64,000 bases of DNA from Vulcanimicrobiota bacterium (GTDB taxonomy: Bacteria; Vulcanimicrobiota; Vulcanimicrobiia; Vulcanimicrobiales; Vulcanimicrobiaceae). Location of the stretch: assembly GCA_963723515.1 (NCBI GenBank), contig CAVRQT010000002.1, positions 224,001 through 288,000 on the forward strand, given 5' to 3'. A model generated the notes under the pieces. It searched no databases. It was not told the origin of the DNA and was given only the letters and a program-made list of their open reading frames with translations. Below, piece by piece: positions 49,721-59,887 of this stretch (position 1 is the stretch's first letter; the number at the start of each line of letters is the position of its first letter). The position numbers were made by a program, and so were the translations under genes.

Positions 49721-51391
49721 TCAAGGCGAGACGAGCGCCGCCCACGACCGCGCGCCGCTTTCGCGGCTCAGCGCAGCCGCTGAAAGCCGCTTGACAATCA
49801 CTTCGCTGGATTCGCTCCGCTCGCCGTCTTTATCGAATGCGGCCGAGACGATCGTTCGCGACTTAGCGTCAGCGAGACTAACCCGTAAGGGTCTGTAGTA
49901 GAGAAAACTCGTTGTAGTCGGCTGAGAGCCGTCCAACGTGTAGCGAATTCTTACTCCGTTCATCGGTTCGCTCAGTTGCACGTTTACCGTTGGCGAAGCG
50001 GTGAACGCCGCAGCACCCGAAACGTTGTGCTCGATCGAACGAAAGCGCGCTGCGCCTCCAACGACCTTGATAATCGGCGACGGCATGCGAAACGAATAGC
50101 CGTGTTCTTTCAACCAGTCCAACTGAGCCGGCAGGCGCGCTAAGAAACCGTCCCAACTCTTGCGGCGCGGTGCTGTCCATGCGATTTCGCTTAAGGCCAG
50201 CGCGCGCGGCAAAGTCATTTGAAATAAGCGCTCCGCCGAAGCGATTTTCTCCGTCCAAACGGCTCCCTCGACTCCCAGAATGTGCGAACGTTGCTCGGCG
50301 CTTAAGCCATCGGGTGTGGGATCGTACGAGTAAACCTGCTCGAGCGTCGCCATGTGCGGCGCGGCGGCCGGTTCCTGAAAGCCGGCGCCTTGATACGCAT
50401 TGAAGTAGAGCGGCCCATCGGGCACCATGACGACCTCGTGCCCCGCGGCGATTGCCTCAACGGCGCGGTGCTCGCCGTTCCACGATGTGATCACGGTGTC
50501 GCGAGAGATTCCGGAACCAAGTGCGTCATCCCAGGTGACCATCGTGCGCCCGTGCGACTGCAAGAATGCCTCAATGTGCAGCAGCACGTATCGTTGCGCC
50601 GCTGCCGGGGCCTCATCGCCGCCGACATGAATGTAGCGCGACGGAAAGAGTCGGATGACTTCCGCCAGGACGTTTTCAAGGAACGTGAGCGATGCCGGGC
50701 GGGGGCAAAAAACATTCTCAGCGCCGCAGCGTAGTTCGGGGTAAGCACGAAGTGCCGCGCTCGCATGCGCCGGCATCTCAATCTCCGGCATCACCGTTAC
50801 GTTTCGCGTTCGCGCATAGCGAACGACGTCGCCAACATCGCTCTGCGAGTAGAATGCACAAGATGTTGCACGGCATGACGTTGTTGCGGTCAAGGCGGGA
50901 TAGCGCTTCACTTCAAGACGCCAGGCTTGATCGTCGGTGAGATGCCAATGGAAGACGTTCAGCTTGTAGTGCGCCGCAAGATCGATGTAACGCTCGAGCA
51001 CGCTAACCGGAAAGAAATGCCGACTGACGTCGAGATGCAGGCCACGCCACCGATACATCGGCCGATCTCGTACGTCGACGTCGGTGCCTTGAGGTGAAAA
51101 CGCCAGCTGCTTGAGCGTCGTCAGCCCGTAGGCAAATCCGGCCGCGGAAGATGCGCGAATCGTTGCCTCGTCATTCCGGATTCGCAGCGAATACGCGTCG
51201 CGCGCCATCGCGGACCACACGAAACGAACTGCATGAACTCCAGCGGAACCCCGATTCAGCCCAATGGATCGGACATCCAGCGGTGCCGGGACGATCGATA
51301 ATGGGGGATCACGCAAAACGCGATGCGCATGATTGCATGCCGCAACGACCGCGAGCAGTAGCGCTGCAACAAGACGCGCTGCAGCGCGCAT
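49721..51391 (-). CDS. Beta-N-acetylhexosaminidase (GH20) lipoprotein with C-terminal FN3-like/chitobiase domain
   Basis: WRGLHLDVSRHF, HWHLTDDQAWR, PEIEMPAH, HVGGDE, WTE and YTLDGSQP motifs; lipobox VAAC. Confidence 0.9.
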   Translation of the reverse strand: MRAAARLVAALLLAVVAACNHAHRVLRDPPLSIVPAPLDVRSIGLNRGSAGVHAVRFVWSAMARDAYSLRIRNDEATIRASSAAGFAYGLTTLKQLAFSPQGTDVDVRDRPMYRWRGLHLDVSRHFFPVSVLERYIDLAAHYKLNVFHWHLTDDQAWRLEVKRYPALTATTSCRATSCAFYSQSDVGDVVRYARTRNVTVMPEIEMPAHASAALRAYPELRCGAENVFCPRPASLTFLENVLAEVIRLFPSRYIHVGGDEAPAAAQRYVLLHIEAFLQSHGRTMVTWDDALGSGISRDTVITSWNGEHRAVEAIAAGHEVVMVPDGPLYFNAYQGAGFQEPAAAPHMATLEQVYSYDPTPDGLSAEQRSHILGVEGAVWTEKIASAERLFQMTLPRALALSEIAWTAPRRKSWDGFLARLPAQLDWLKEHGYSFRMPSPIIKVVGGAARFRSIEHNVSGAAAFTASPTVNVQLSEPMNGVRIRYTLDGSQPTTTSFLYYRPLRVSLADAKSRTIVSAAFDKDGERSESSEVIVKRLSAAALSRESGARSWAALVSP

Positions 51392-51392
51392 C

Positions 51393-51611
51393 TTATGCCG
51401 GTGTCTTGCGGCGGCGCGGACACTCACGCCGAAAACATTGCCGCAGCGTATATTCGCCCGACTCAAGACGATACGCATGACATCCGCAACGGAACCAGAG
51501 GTAATGATCCTCGCTGACCGCGACCGTCTGGCCGCGCAGATTGCGGGAAACGAACGGCTCGCGGCGCGTCGGCGCGCCCAACGTCCCGATCAGCTCATCC
51601 ATCGAAGGCAT
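51393..51611 (-). CDS. Small Cys-containing hypothetical protein (72 aa)
   Basis: CGC...C...C pattern; stop 1 nt before the GH20 ATG; TAAAAT shortly upstream of its own ATG. Confidence 0.55.
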   Translation of the reverse strand: MPSMDELIGTLGAPTRREPFVSRNLRGQTVAVSEDHYLWFRCGCHAYRLESGEYTLRQCFRRECPRRRKTPA

Positions 51612-51697
51612 GGTGGGATTTTACCACTTGGACGGCTGGATGGCGCACGGGGGTCTGAGGCATTTACGCGGGCATTGGCAAGCGCGCTGACCTCGAC

Positions 51698-51735
51698 AAA
51701 GTAAGAAAGCATCCGCGCGGGATGCTTTCTACTTT
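51698..51735. terminator. Intrinsic terminator downstream of the Spy-like gene
   Basis: AGAAAGCATCC-GCGCG-GGATGCTTTCT with A/T flanks. Confidence 0.75.
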
Positions 51736-51757
51736 CGGGGCGAGCTAGTGCGGAGTC

Positions 51758-52324
51758 TTAGCCGCCCGGATTTTGTGGATTGCGGCTCTGTTGCTGAAGC
51801 TGTTGCTGCTGTTGCGGCGTTAGGACCGCGTTGATTTGATCGCGGAGCTGCCGCATCGCGTTGCGGTCAGGAGCGCTGCCTGCGGGGTGCGCTGCCTGGA
51901 ACTGCGAGACCAATCCTTGAATCCGTGACTTTTGATCGTCGCTGAGATTCAAGTTTGCCAACCGCGCCATGAAGCGGCCGGAGAAATCGCCGCTGCGCGA
52001 AGCTTGCATGTTTGCGCGCAACTGACTTTGTTGAGCGGGCGTTAGGACGGCGTAGATCTGATCGCGGAGCGCTTTGCGCGCTGCCGGATCCGGAGTGCTG
52101 CCGTGTGGATGTGCTTGGCGATATTGCGCGATTAGTGCCTGAATCTTCTGTTGCTGGTCCGGGGAAAGGTTCAAGTTGTCGAAGCCGCGCATCATGCCGC
52201 GGCCGTTTCGCGGCGCATTGACGCCCGGCTGATCGGACGGGACTGTTTGCGCAAACGTTGCGACCGGGAAAAGCACGGCGGCTACCAAACCGCCGATCGT
52301 AAGGAATGTGCGAATCGTTTTCAA
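51758..52324 (-). CDS. Spy/CpxP-family (LTXXQ) periplasmic chaperone with a duplicated unit
   Basis: Signal peptide; LNLSPDQ..VLTPAQ and LNLSDDQ..VLTPQQ repeats. Confidence 0.8.
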   Translation of the reverse strand: MKTIRTFLTIGGLVAAVLFPVATFAQTVPSDQPGVNAPRNGRGMMRGFDNLNLSPDQQQKIQALIAQYRQAHPHGSTPDPAARKALRDQIYAVLTPAQQSQLRANMQASRSGDFSGRFMARLANLNLSDDQKSRIQGLVSQFQAAHPAGSAPDRNAMRQLRDQINAVLTPQQQQQLQQQSRNPQNPGG

Positions 52325-52427
52325 TGGTGACTCCCAAAAAAGGCAAACGTATGGACGAATCGTCCCATACCATAACGTTGCTCCCTGGGAAGTCGTTGTG
52401 AAGGCGGATTAGAGCTTGGTGAGATCG

Positions 52428-53159
52428 CTACTCCGTAGAGCGCGCCATGATCGCCCTGACATTCGCATAGCAATCGCAAGAGTCGCGCTCGAGCGCGGCG
52501 CGATCTTCGATCGTCATCATGCCATGCCGAAAGGCCAAGACGCCTTCGCGCTGCATCGAGGCCGCAATGCCGGAGACGGTCTGACGGCCGACCCCCAGCG
52601 TCAATGCGAGAAATTCTTCGGTCAGAGGAAACGTATCGCGCCCGATACGGTCTCGCACCATGAGGATCCAGCGCGCCGTTCGTTCCTCGACCGAATGCAG
52701 TCCGTTGCACGCGGTCGTCTGGAGAATCATCGAAATGAAACCGTTCAGGTAGCGCAACAAGCGATGATAGAAGGGACTTTTTGCGCGAACGACGTGCTGC
52801 AGGAAGTCCGTCGCGTGCATGCGCATCGCCAGCCCGGGCACTTGCACGATAACCGTCGCGTTGCTTTCGCGCGTCTCAAGCAATAGCGATAGGCCGACCA
52901 TGCCGTCGGAACCCATCAGGCCCGCCTCCGTAACGCCGCCCTCTTGCGTCGTCACAATCGTCGACGCGATTGCGTCCTGCGGAAACCAGACGTGCGCAAT
53001 CGGCACGCCGCTTTCGGTCAGTTGCTCACGCACATCAAGCTGCACCGGCTCAAAGTAAGGCTCGAGCAGAGCTTTCTCGCCGCTCGAGAGGCCGTCGAGG
53101 AGAAGGTTTTTCAAGGGTGCCAAAGGCGGCAGGCCTGTCCGACGTAGGACAGACGCCAC
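52428..53159 (-). CDS. Crp/Fnr-family transcriptional regulator
   Basis: NLLLDGL, GSDGMVG, ACNGLHSVEERTARW and HTH LTEEFLALTLGVGRQTVS. Confidence 0.9.
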   Translation of the reverse strand: MASVLRRTGLPPLAPLKNLLLDGLSSGEKALLEPYFEPVQLDVREQLTESGVPIAHVWFPQDAIASTIVTTQEGGVTEAGLMGSDGMVGLSLLLETRESNATVIVQVPGLAMRMHATDFLQHVVRAKSPFYHRLLRYLNGFISMILQTTACNGLHSVEERTARWILMVRDRIGRDTFPLTEEFLALTLGVGRQTVSGIAASMQREGVLAFRHGMMTIEDRAALERDSCDCYANVRAIMARSTE

Positions 53160-53279
53160 AATGTTCGGTTCCTTACATTAGAAGGGCGGCCCTTCCACAT
53201 TCTGGCGGCTTTTTTTGTTTGACCGCCTTTCGCAGCCGCATGGCGGGCCCCAAGCTGGGCGCCCCGAGATCGGAGCCGA

Positions 53280-54002
53280 TTGCACGAGAACATCTTAGTT
53301 CAAAACCTGCCGCAAGATGAGCAGGAGCGGCTAAAACCTTATCTCGAGCGTACGGCCATGGATTTTCGGCAGACCTTAATCGAAGCCGGCGAACCGATCC
53401 CATACGTATGGTTCCCGCACGACGCGATCACTTCGACCGTCGTAGACACGCGCGAGGGAACGACCATCGAAGTCGGACTTATGGGCGTCGAGGGCATGGT
53501 CGGCCTCTCGCTCTTGCTCAATGTTGAGCTCAGCAATACGACCGTGATCGTCCAGGTGCCCGGCGTCGGTGCACGGATGCGCGCTGACCACTTCTTGGAG
53601 CATGTCGTCGGCGCCGGCGGCGTACTTTATGAACGTCTCTTGCGCTATACGAACGCCTTCATGTCGATGGTCGCGCAAACTGCTGCCTGCAACAGCCTGC
53701 ACAGCATCGATCAACGTCTAGCGCGATGGCTACTGATGACGCACGATCGCGTTCAACGCCCGCAGTTTCCGCTGACGCACGAATTCTTGGCTTTCATGTT
53801 AGGAGTGCGCCGGCCGTCGGTTTCTGTCGCCGCGAACGCGCTCTTGCAAAATGAATACATCAACTATACGCGGGGACTGATGACGATCACGAGTCGGGCG
53901 GGCTTAGAGCAGAACGTCTGTCCCTGCTACGACATCGTCAACAATATCATGGACGGTGTCATGCAGCGTGAGGAAGTCCTCGTAAGGGGGCCGGAACGCT
54001 AG
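53280..54002 (+). CDS. Crp/Fnr-family transcriptional regulator
   Basis: GVEGMVG, ACNSLHSIDQRLARW and HTH LTHEFLAFMLGVRRPSVS. Confidence 0.9.
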   Translation: MHENILVQNLPQDEQERLKPYLERTAMDFRQTLIEAGEPIPYVWFPHDAITSTVVDTREGTTIEVGLMGVEGMVGLSLLLNVELSNTTVIVQVPGVGARMRADHFLEHVVGAGGVLYERLLRYTNAFMSMVAQTAACNSLHSIDQRLARWLLMTHDRVQRPQFPLTHEFLAFMLGVRRPSVSVAANALLQNEYINYTRGLMTITSRAGLEQNVCPCYDIVNNIMDGVMQREEVLVRGPER

Positions 54003-54003
54003 C

Positions 54004-56233
54004 CTACCGTTTGATAAAAACGCGAACGTCAGTCGTCGTGCGGCGGCCATCGACCGTAATCGCCTCGAACTGGACGTTGTAAGACCTTCCTTTCAAGAAC
54101 GACGGCATCGACGGGACACGAGTCGAGGCCTCAAAATCTCCCGGCGCAAGCGGCGGGATGCCGAGCGTTCGGCCGGAGATATGCGCGTAGACGCCGTTGA
54201 CGTTTATCGAGGTCAGAACGCGCACCGCGAGCAGTCCCGGGGATGAAAGTTGTTGATCGTTGAGATCGATTTCTAAGATCTGCGGCGCGTTCGGATCAGC
54301 GGATGGGCTCGGCGTTGGCCGAAACGTGTAGCCGTATGACGGCGCGGTGGATGGCGAGGGCGCCGGCGAGGGCGTCGGGGCCGGCGACGAAACCGGAGTT
54401 TCCGTTTGCGCTACTCTGGCAACGGCGATTTTGCGCCACGGCTGGTTTGCTCTGAGCCAAGCAGTCAATGCACGAGCAACAACTACCCTTCCATGGTATG
54501 AGAAGTGCGGATCGCTCGTGCCGAACAGCGGCGCATGATGCGGTGACTTGACATCGTTAACGAAGACCGGCCACAAATCGAGTAAGGCGGTCCCCGAGGC
54601 GCGCACCGCGTCGTTGATCATCGCGCCGACGGATGCAGCCGGCACGATTTGCCCTTCAGTCGAGAGCAGCTGTGGCCACGCGCTTTCCACCGGTGATATG
54701 TCCGTTGCCAGCGGGGTGGTCACGACCAGTAACCTAGCGTGCAACGCTGCGAGCGTTTCACGCAGCCGCCGCAAACTCGAAGTCACCATCGGCTGCCATT
54801 GATTCACCGCTGACGACAACTCGAGCGCGCCGGCAAGATCCGCGGTTGGATAGACATTCCCTGGATTGATGTTCAGCACGTAAAAATCGGCTGCTCCGCC
54901 GCGCGCGAGATATTCAATATATTGCTCGTCCGCACCAAACGCGGATCCCGGCAATACATAAGGGTTGATGCGGATGTGCGGTCTGCGCACGGCCGAACCC
55001 AACGCCGCTTCGGTCATTCCTTGGATCGAGTCCGACCAGCGCGTGTACTGCCACAGAAACGAATTTCCGACGAACGCGATGTTGTACGCGCCCGAAGCGC
55101 TCTTGGGCAATGCCGATCCAAGCACCGCATCATGCGCGCGATCGATGTTTACGATCTCCCGGACGCGCTTGTTTCCGCCGTCGGCGATAACGAGGGAGCG
55201 CGCATCGCGCACCGCGATCCCGAGCGGCACGTCGAAGCGCGATTGCGTTCCCGATCCGTCGCGATATCCGCCGCCGGACGCAGCGCCGTTTTCAACCGGA
55301 ACACCGCCCAGCGTTTGAAGCGCCCCTGCCGACCAGTTCAAGTATCGCACCGTGTTCGCGCGCACGTCCGTAAAAGCGATCCCGTTTTCGTCGAACGCTG
55401 CCAATCCGAAAGGACTTCCCAACGGCTGCTCACCTTGCAAATCTCGAACGTTTTTTTGCGCCGCCGGAAGGGAGCCGTACCGTTCGATCGTTCCATCGGG
55501 CATGCGGCGAAGCAACCCGCTTTCATCTGCGGCGAAGATAACCGGAGCCGGCGTTGCTGCTTGCTACCGCCACGCCGAACGGCGCCGTTCCGAATTGCGG
55601 AATCGTCGCCACGATCCCCGACGGAGAAATGATACGGATACCCGAGAAGTCGGCAACGTACAACGTTCCATAAGCGTCGCTTGCAAGACCGGTTGGCCGA
55701 TCGAATGTCGCGACGTTACGCGGACCATCGAGGTGACCCGCAACGCCCGCTTGTCCGGCATAGGTCGTGACATTGCCCGTCGGATCGATGCGCCGAATGC
55801 AATGGTTGTTCGTGTCGGCAACGTAGAGCGCTCGATCGCTGCCCATCGCGAGTCCGGCCGGACGATTGAACCGCGCAAGCTTTCCGGGACCGTCTTGATA
55901 GCCGCCTTCAACCCATAAGCCGCTTGCGATCGGCTCGCCCGAGCCGGCTAGCGTGCGCGTGGTACCGTTTCGCTCGATAACGCGGATTCGCTGCGCGCCC
56001 GCGTCGCTGACATACAAGCGTCCGTCCCTATCGTAGATAACGCCGAAGGGCTCGATGAACTGGGCGGCGTGCGCGGGGCCATCTGAAAATCCGGCTACGC
56101 CTGAACCGCTGATCGTTGCCACGCGAACTTCCGGCGACCCGCTCAAGGCTGGATCGTCGGCTAAGACAGCTGCTGGGCCGTAGAGCAGACAACAGCAAGC
56201 TAACGCTGCTGCTAAACGAGGCAGAATGCGCAC
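54004..56233 (-). CDS. Secreted NHL-repeat / SGNH-hydrolase-like / Pro-Ser-Thr linker / Ig-like protein (frameshift near 55530)
   Basis: NHL repeats (DGPGKLARFNRPAGLA, YVADTNNHCIR), block I GNSF, block V DPHFSYHG and PSPAPSPST linker. Confidence 0.75.
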
Positions 56234-56240
56234 GTTAAGG

Positions 56241-56756
56241 TTACTTCTGCGGAATCTCGCTCACGACTTGCAGTTTTATGCCGGGCGGGAGAACACCACG
56301 CTGCGCGTTCGCTTCCCAACCGCGCGGAAAACCCATGTTGCGATGCAGATTTCCGTCAAGCGTGAAGATGGTCTGAATTCCCTCGAGCGTTGATGTCTGA
56401 TAGCGCGCGTTGATCGGTCCGGTTTTTGCAAAGGACGCAATCAAACGGAGGTGGCGTTCCGTCTTTGCGATCTCCGGTGCGTGGGTGACAAAGATCTTGA
56501 CGGCTTCCAGTTCAAGCGCGCTCAGCGCATCTTTGGGCGATGTGCCGTCTGCGATGAATCGCTCAACGTACGGCGTAGCATCCCAAAAAATTACGCCGCC
56601 GAAGATGTTGCTGTGTGTTTGAATGATCCGCGGCGCCGGCATCGGCGCTTGCACCGCGACGACGGCTGGTGGAAACATGAAGAGCACGGTGGCACAAAAT
56701 TGCCGTTGCAAAGCGCGGCGTCCTGCGTTCTTAGGGATGGTGCGGGGCAGGAACAA
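56241..56756 (-). CDS. Hypothetical protein, probably secreted (start uncertain)
   Basis: Fills the gap in the operon between DUF2723 and the NHL protein; hydrophobic N-terminal stretch. Confidence 0.55.
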   Translation of the reverse strand: MFLPRTIPKNAGRRALQRQFCATVLFMFPPAVVAVQAPMPAPRIIQTHSNIFGGVIFWDATPYVERFIADGTSPKDALSALELEAVKIFVTHAPEIAKTERHLRLIASFAKTGPINARYQTSTLEGIQTIFTLDGNLHRNMGFPRGWEANAQRGVLPPGIKLQVVSEIPQK

Positions 56757-58254
56757 CGCGGTAGATCGCCGGCGATTCGCCTCCCGTAGGCTCTAGCCTC
56801 ATCCCATCAAGCGAGAACACGCGGTCGCCAAACGGCTTGAAGTAAATGACATAAACCGGCCGGTTGCGTTGCCACCGCTTAACGTATTCCGCGATCTCAT
56901 CCGGCTCCGCGGACACGATGACGCGCCCTCCGAGCCGGTGTTCGACATAACTTGCATAAGCGAGCGGCGTCGCGTAAATCCAGCTCGCAACGATAATGCT
57001 GCGATCCGGCGTTTCGCGCAGCGCACGATCGATGAATGCGTCGCCGGTGTGATCTGCGTTTTGCGCGAAAGTCGCACGGTTGGCCGCGAACGTGTAGCCG
57101 ACACTGAAAAACAACAATAGCGCGGCTACCCCAAGCGCGACCGCGGCAATGCGCAAACGAGCTTTCAAAAACGTCATTACCGCTTGCGCGCCATAGCCGG
57201 TAAAGAGCGCGAGCACCCAATATGCCGTCAAAAAGTACCGATCGAAATCCGTTTCGATCGCATAGCTCAAAGCGAACGGAACGCCGGCCACAACGATCAG
57301 CATCAAACCGAGCGCTTTGAAAACATCCTTAACGATCACAGCCAACATGCCGAGCAGCATCAAAGCGATGGCAATGACTGAAAACTCGGCGTAAATCTTA
57401 GCGCCAAACTCCTGCGCCATCGACGGATACAGCGAAGGGCGGAAAATCGCGATCAGTGCGTCCCATTTGGCATAGTACGATCCAAGAACCGCCCGCAGAA
57501 AACCGTGCCAATCCGCCGGGTGACCCCAGTTCCAAAAAGCTTGGCTCGGCGGCAGCCCCAGCGCCTGCGTTGGATCGAGCGTGTGAGCCGCAACATACGC
57601 GCTCCGTAGCGGCATGTAGAAGTACAGCAAGAGCGGCGCCAGTACGAGGAGCAGCGCCGTCAGCATAGCCCGCGCCGGAAAACGTTTCGCTCGCGCGGGC
57701 GGCAAAAACAACAAAATCAGCACACCCGGAATGGCCCAAATCATGACCGGATGCGTCGCCGCCGCAAGTCCCATGCACAGCGCAGCCGCGTAAAGCGGTT
57801 GCGTAGACCCCGTTGCACGCGCGCGAAGCGCGGCCCAAATCGTTGCTCCGATCAACAGAATGGCAAGCGCATGCACTTCAGCACGCGTTCCGCGCGTCCA
57901 GGCCACAACGCCGAATGCAAACGTCCACGCGCAAAGACATGCGATCAGGTCATCGACGCCCTCATCCCGCGAAGCCAAAAACACCAACCATGCTGCGCCG
58001 GCCATCGCGATTGCGCTCATCAGCGACATGCGCCAAGCAACGCTGAAGATCGCAACAGCATGCGAGAAGACATATCCGAGCAGGATGAACAACGGGAAGC
58101 CGGTGGGATGCGCGATTCCGAAAATGTATGGAACGGTTTGCATTTCGCCGGTGTCCCAAAAGCCGACGCTCGGCGTCAAACTCCAGATATACACAACCAA
58201 CGGTACGCAAAATGCCGCGGCGGAAAACGCTCGGCGCGTGAAGACCTCGTTCAT
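56731..58254 (-). CDS. DUF2723 / TMEM260-family GT-C membrane protein (putative protein O-mannosyltransferase)
   Basis: 'PSVGFWDTGE', 'IAHPTGFPLF', 'AEVHAL', 'YMPLRS' and 'NWGHP' motifs; multiple TMs. Confidence 0.85.
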   Translation of the reverse strand: MNEVFTRRAFSAAAFCVPLVVYIWSLTPSVGFWDTGEMQTVPYIFGIAHPTGFPLFILLGYVFSHAVAIFSVAWRMSLMSAIAMAGAAWLVFLASRDEGVDDLIACLCAWTFAFGVVAWTRGTRAEVHALAILLIGATIWAALRARATGSTQPLYAAALCMGLAAATHPVMIWAIPGVLILLFLPPARAKRFPARAMLTALLLVLAPLLLYFYMPLRSAYVAAHTLDPTQALGLPPSQAFWNWGHPADWHGFLRAVLGSYYAKWDALIAIFRPSLYPSMAQEFGAKIYAEFSVIAIALMLLGMLAVIVKDVFKALGLMLIVVAGVPFALSYAIETDFDRYFLTAYWVLALFTGYGAQAVMTFLKARLRIAAVALGVAALLLFFSVGYTFAANRATFAQNADHTGDAFIDRALRETPDRSIIVASWIYATPLAYASYVEHRLGGRVIVSAEPDEIAEYVKRWQRNRPVYVIYFKPFGDRVFSLDGMRLEPTGGESPAIYRVVPAPHHP

Positions 58255-58321
58255 CGAGAAGGGGCTTCTTTCGATTTTATTGGAGAATCACCGCCGCTTT
58301 GTTAGCGCTCTGTGCGGATAT

Positions 58322-58425
58322 GGCGCCCGCCCGCGAAGTTTGGGCGGGGGCGCGTAGGTCATTTTCGTCGCATCGTGACGAAAGTGAACCGGAGCGCCAA
58401 GCGTTTCGCGATAGTGAGACGCTAT
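58322..58425 (+). ncRNA. Three-hairpin structured element, copy B (candidate novel RNA motif or repeat)
   Basis: GGCG CCCGCCC-GCGAAGTTT-GGGCGGG GGCGC-GTA-GGTCATTTTCGTC-GCATCGT-GACGAAAGTGAACC-GGA-GCGCC A AGCGTTTCGC-GATA-GTGAGACGCT AT. Confidence 0.65.
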
Positions 58426-58439
58426 CTAAATAAGGAGAA

Positions 58440-59558
58440 GTGATGAGCCGAGTACGCGCCCTGGTCGGCACGCGCAAAGGTGCGTTCGTGTTGACATCGG
58501 ATGGCAAGCGTGAAGAGTGGGACATCAGCGGCCCTTTCTTTGCCGGCTGGGAAATCTATCACGTCAAAGGCTCGGCCGCCGACCCTAATCGTCTCTACGC
58601 TTCACAGACGAGCGGCTGGTTCGGGCAATTGATGCAGCGTTCGAACGATGGCGGTGCGACATGGGAAGCGGTCGGAAACGAGTTTGCGTACGATGGTCCC
58701 ATCGGAACGCATCAATGGTACGACGGCACGCCGCGGCCGTGGGAATTTAAGCGCGTTTGGCATCTTGAACCTTCGGCTGCCGATCCGGACGTCGTTTACG
58801 CGGGCATCGAAGACGCCGCAATCTTTCGCTCGAGTGATGGCGGCAGCAGTTGGCACGAGTTACCTGCGTTGCGCAACCATGGGTCCGGTCCCGCATGGCA
58901 GCCCGGAGCCGGCGGGATGTGTCTGCATACGATCATCTTCGATCCCATAAATCCGCAACGGATCTTCGTGGCAATCTCGGCCGCCGGCGCCTTCCGCACG
59001 GATGACGGCGGCAAGACGTGGCAGCCGATTAACCGTGGCTTGCAATCACAGTATATTCCAGATCCGACCGCCGAGGTCGGTCATTGCGTCCATCGGATTG
59101 CAATGCACAAAGCTCGACCGAACGTGCTCTTCATGCAAAAGCATTGGGACGTGATGCGCAGCGACGATGCAGGCGATTCATGGCGTGAGATCAGCGGCAA
59201 TCTGCCGACCGACTTCGGCTTCCCAATCGACGTGCACGCCCATGAACCGGACGTGGTTTACGTCGTGCCGATCAAGAGCGATTCCGAACACTTTCCGCCC
59301 GATGGCAAACTCCGTGTCTACCGCAGCCGCACCGGCGGCGACGAATGGGAGCCGCTGACGAACGGGCTGCCCCAGCGGGATTGTTACGTCAACGTGCTGC
59401 GTGATGCGATGGCGGTTGACTCGCTGGATCGATGCGGAATCTATTTCGGAACGACGGGCGGCCAAGTGTATGCGTCAGCAAACGAGGGTGATACGTGGGA
59501 CGCGATCGTTCGCGACCTTCCGCCCGTGCTTTCCGTCGAGGTACAGACATTGCCGTGA
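58440..59558 (+). CDS. BNR/Asp-box repeat beta-propeller (sialidase-like)
   Basis: VGTRKG and Asp-boxes [49 protein letters not shown]. Confidence 0.9.
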   Translation: MMSRVRALVGTRKGAFVLTSDGKREEWDISGPFFAGWEIYHVKGSAADPNRLYASQTSGWFGQLMQRSNDGGATWEAVGNEFAYDGPIGTHQWYDGTPRPWEFKRVWHLEPSAADPDVVYAGIEDAAIFRSSDGGSSWHELPALRNHGSGPAWQPGAGGMCLHTIIFDPINPQRIFVAISAAGAFRTDDGGKTWQPINRGLQSQYIPDPTAEVGHCVHRIAMHKARPNVLFMQKHWDVMRSDDAGDSWREISGNLPTDFGFPIDVHAHEPDVVYVVPIKSDSEHFPPDGKLRVYRSRTGGDEWEPLTNGLPQRDCYVNVLRDAMAVDSLDRCGIYFGTTGGQVYASANEGDTWDAIVRDLPPVLSVEVQTLP

Positions 59559-59851
59559 TACGGATCATATTGCCGGCGCATCTTCGGACGCTGGCTCGCG
59601 TCAACGGCGAAGTAACGCTCGAAGTGGCAAACCACGCGACACAGCGTGCGGTTCTCGATGCCCTCGAATCGCGCTATCCGATGTTGCGTGGAACGATACG
59701 CGACCAGGTTACGCAACAGCGCCGGCCTTTCATCAGATTCTTTGCATGCGAGGAAGATCTCTCGCACGAATCGCCGGATAACGCGCTGCCGAGTGCCGTC
59801 GCATCAGGCCGCGAGCCCTTGCTTATCGTCGGCGCGATCGCGGGGGGTTGA
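59555..59851 (+). CDS. MoaD/ThiS-family ubiquitin-like protein
   Basis: GTG start overlapping the upstream stop; C-terminal AIAGG. Confidence 0.88.
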   Translation: MIRIILPAHLRTLARVNGEVTLEVANHATQRAVLDALESRYPMLRGTIRDQVTQQRRPFIRFFACEEDLSHESPDNALPSAVASGREPLLIVGAIAGG

Positions 59852-59887
59852 AGATTCAGCACCGACAAGCATGGGAAACATTCGTGC

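Noticed and set aside
3914..56233. Many split genes (pyrK, histidine kinase, GNAT, phaC, cytochrome b, mccA, GH5-like, SDR, prolyl oligopeptidase, NHL protein) as pseudogenes or programmed frameshifts
   Set aside because: The breaks are scattered small indels in otherwise intact genes, including housekeeping ones, with catalytic motifs preserved and no shared slippery motif noticed. This is most consistent with long-read consensus error; read polishing is needed to confirm.
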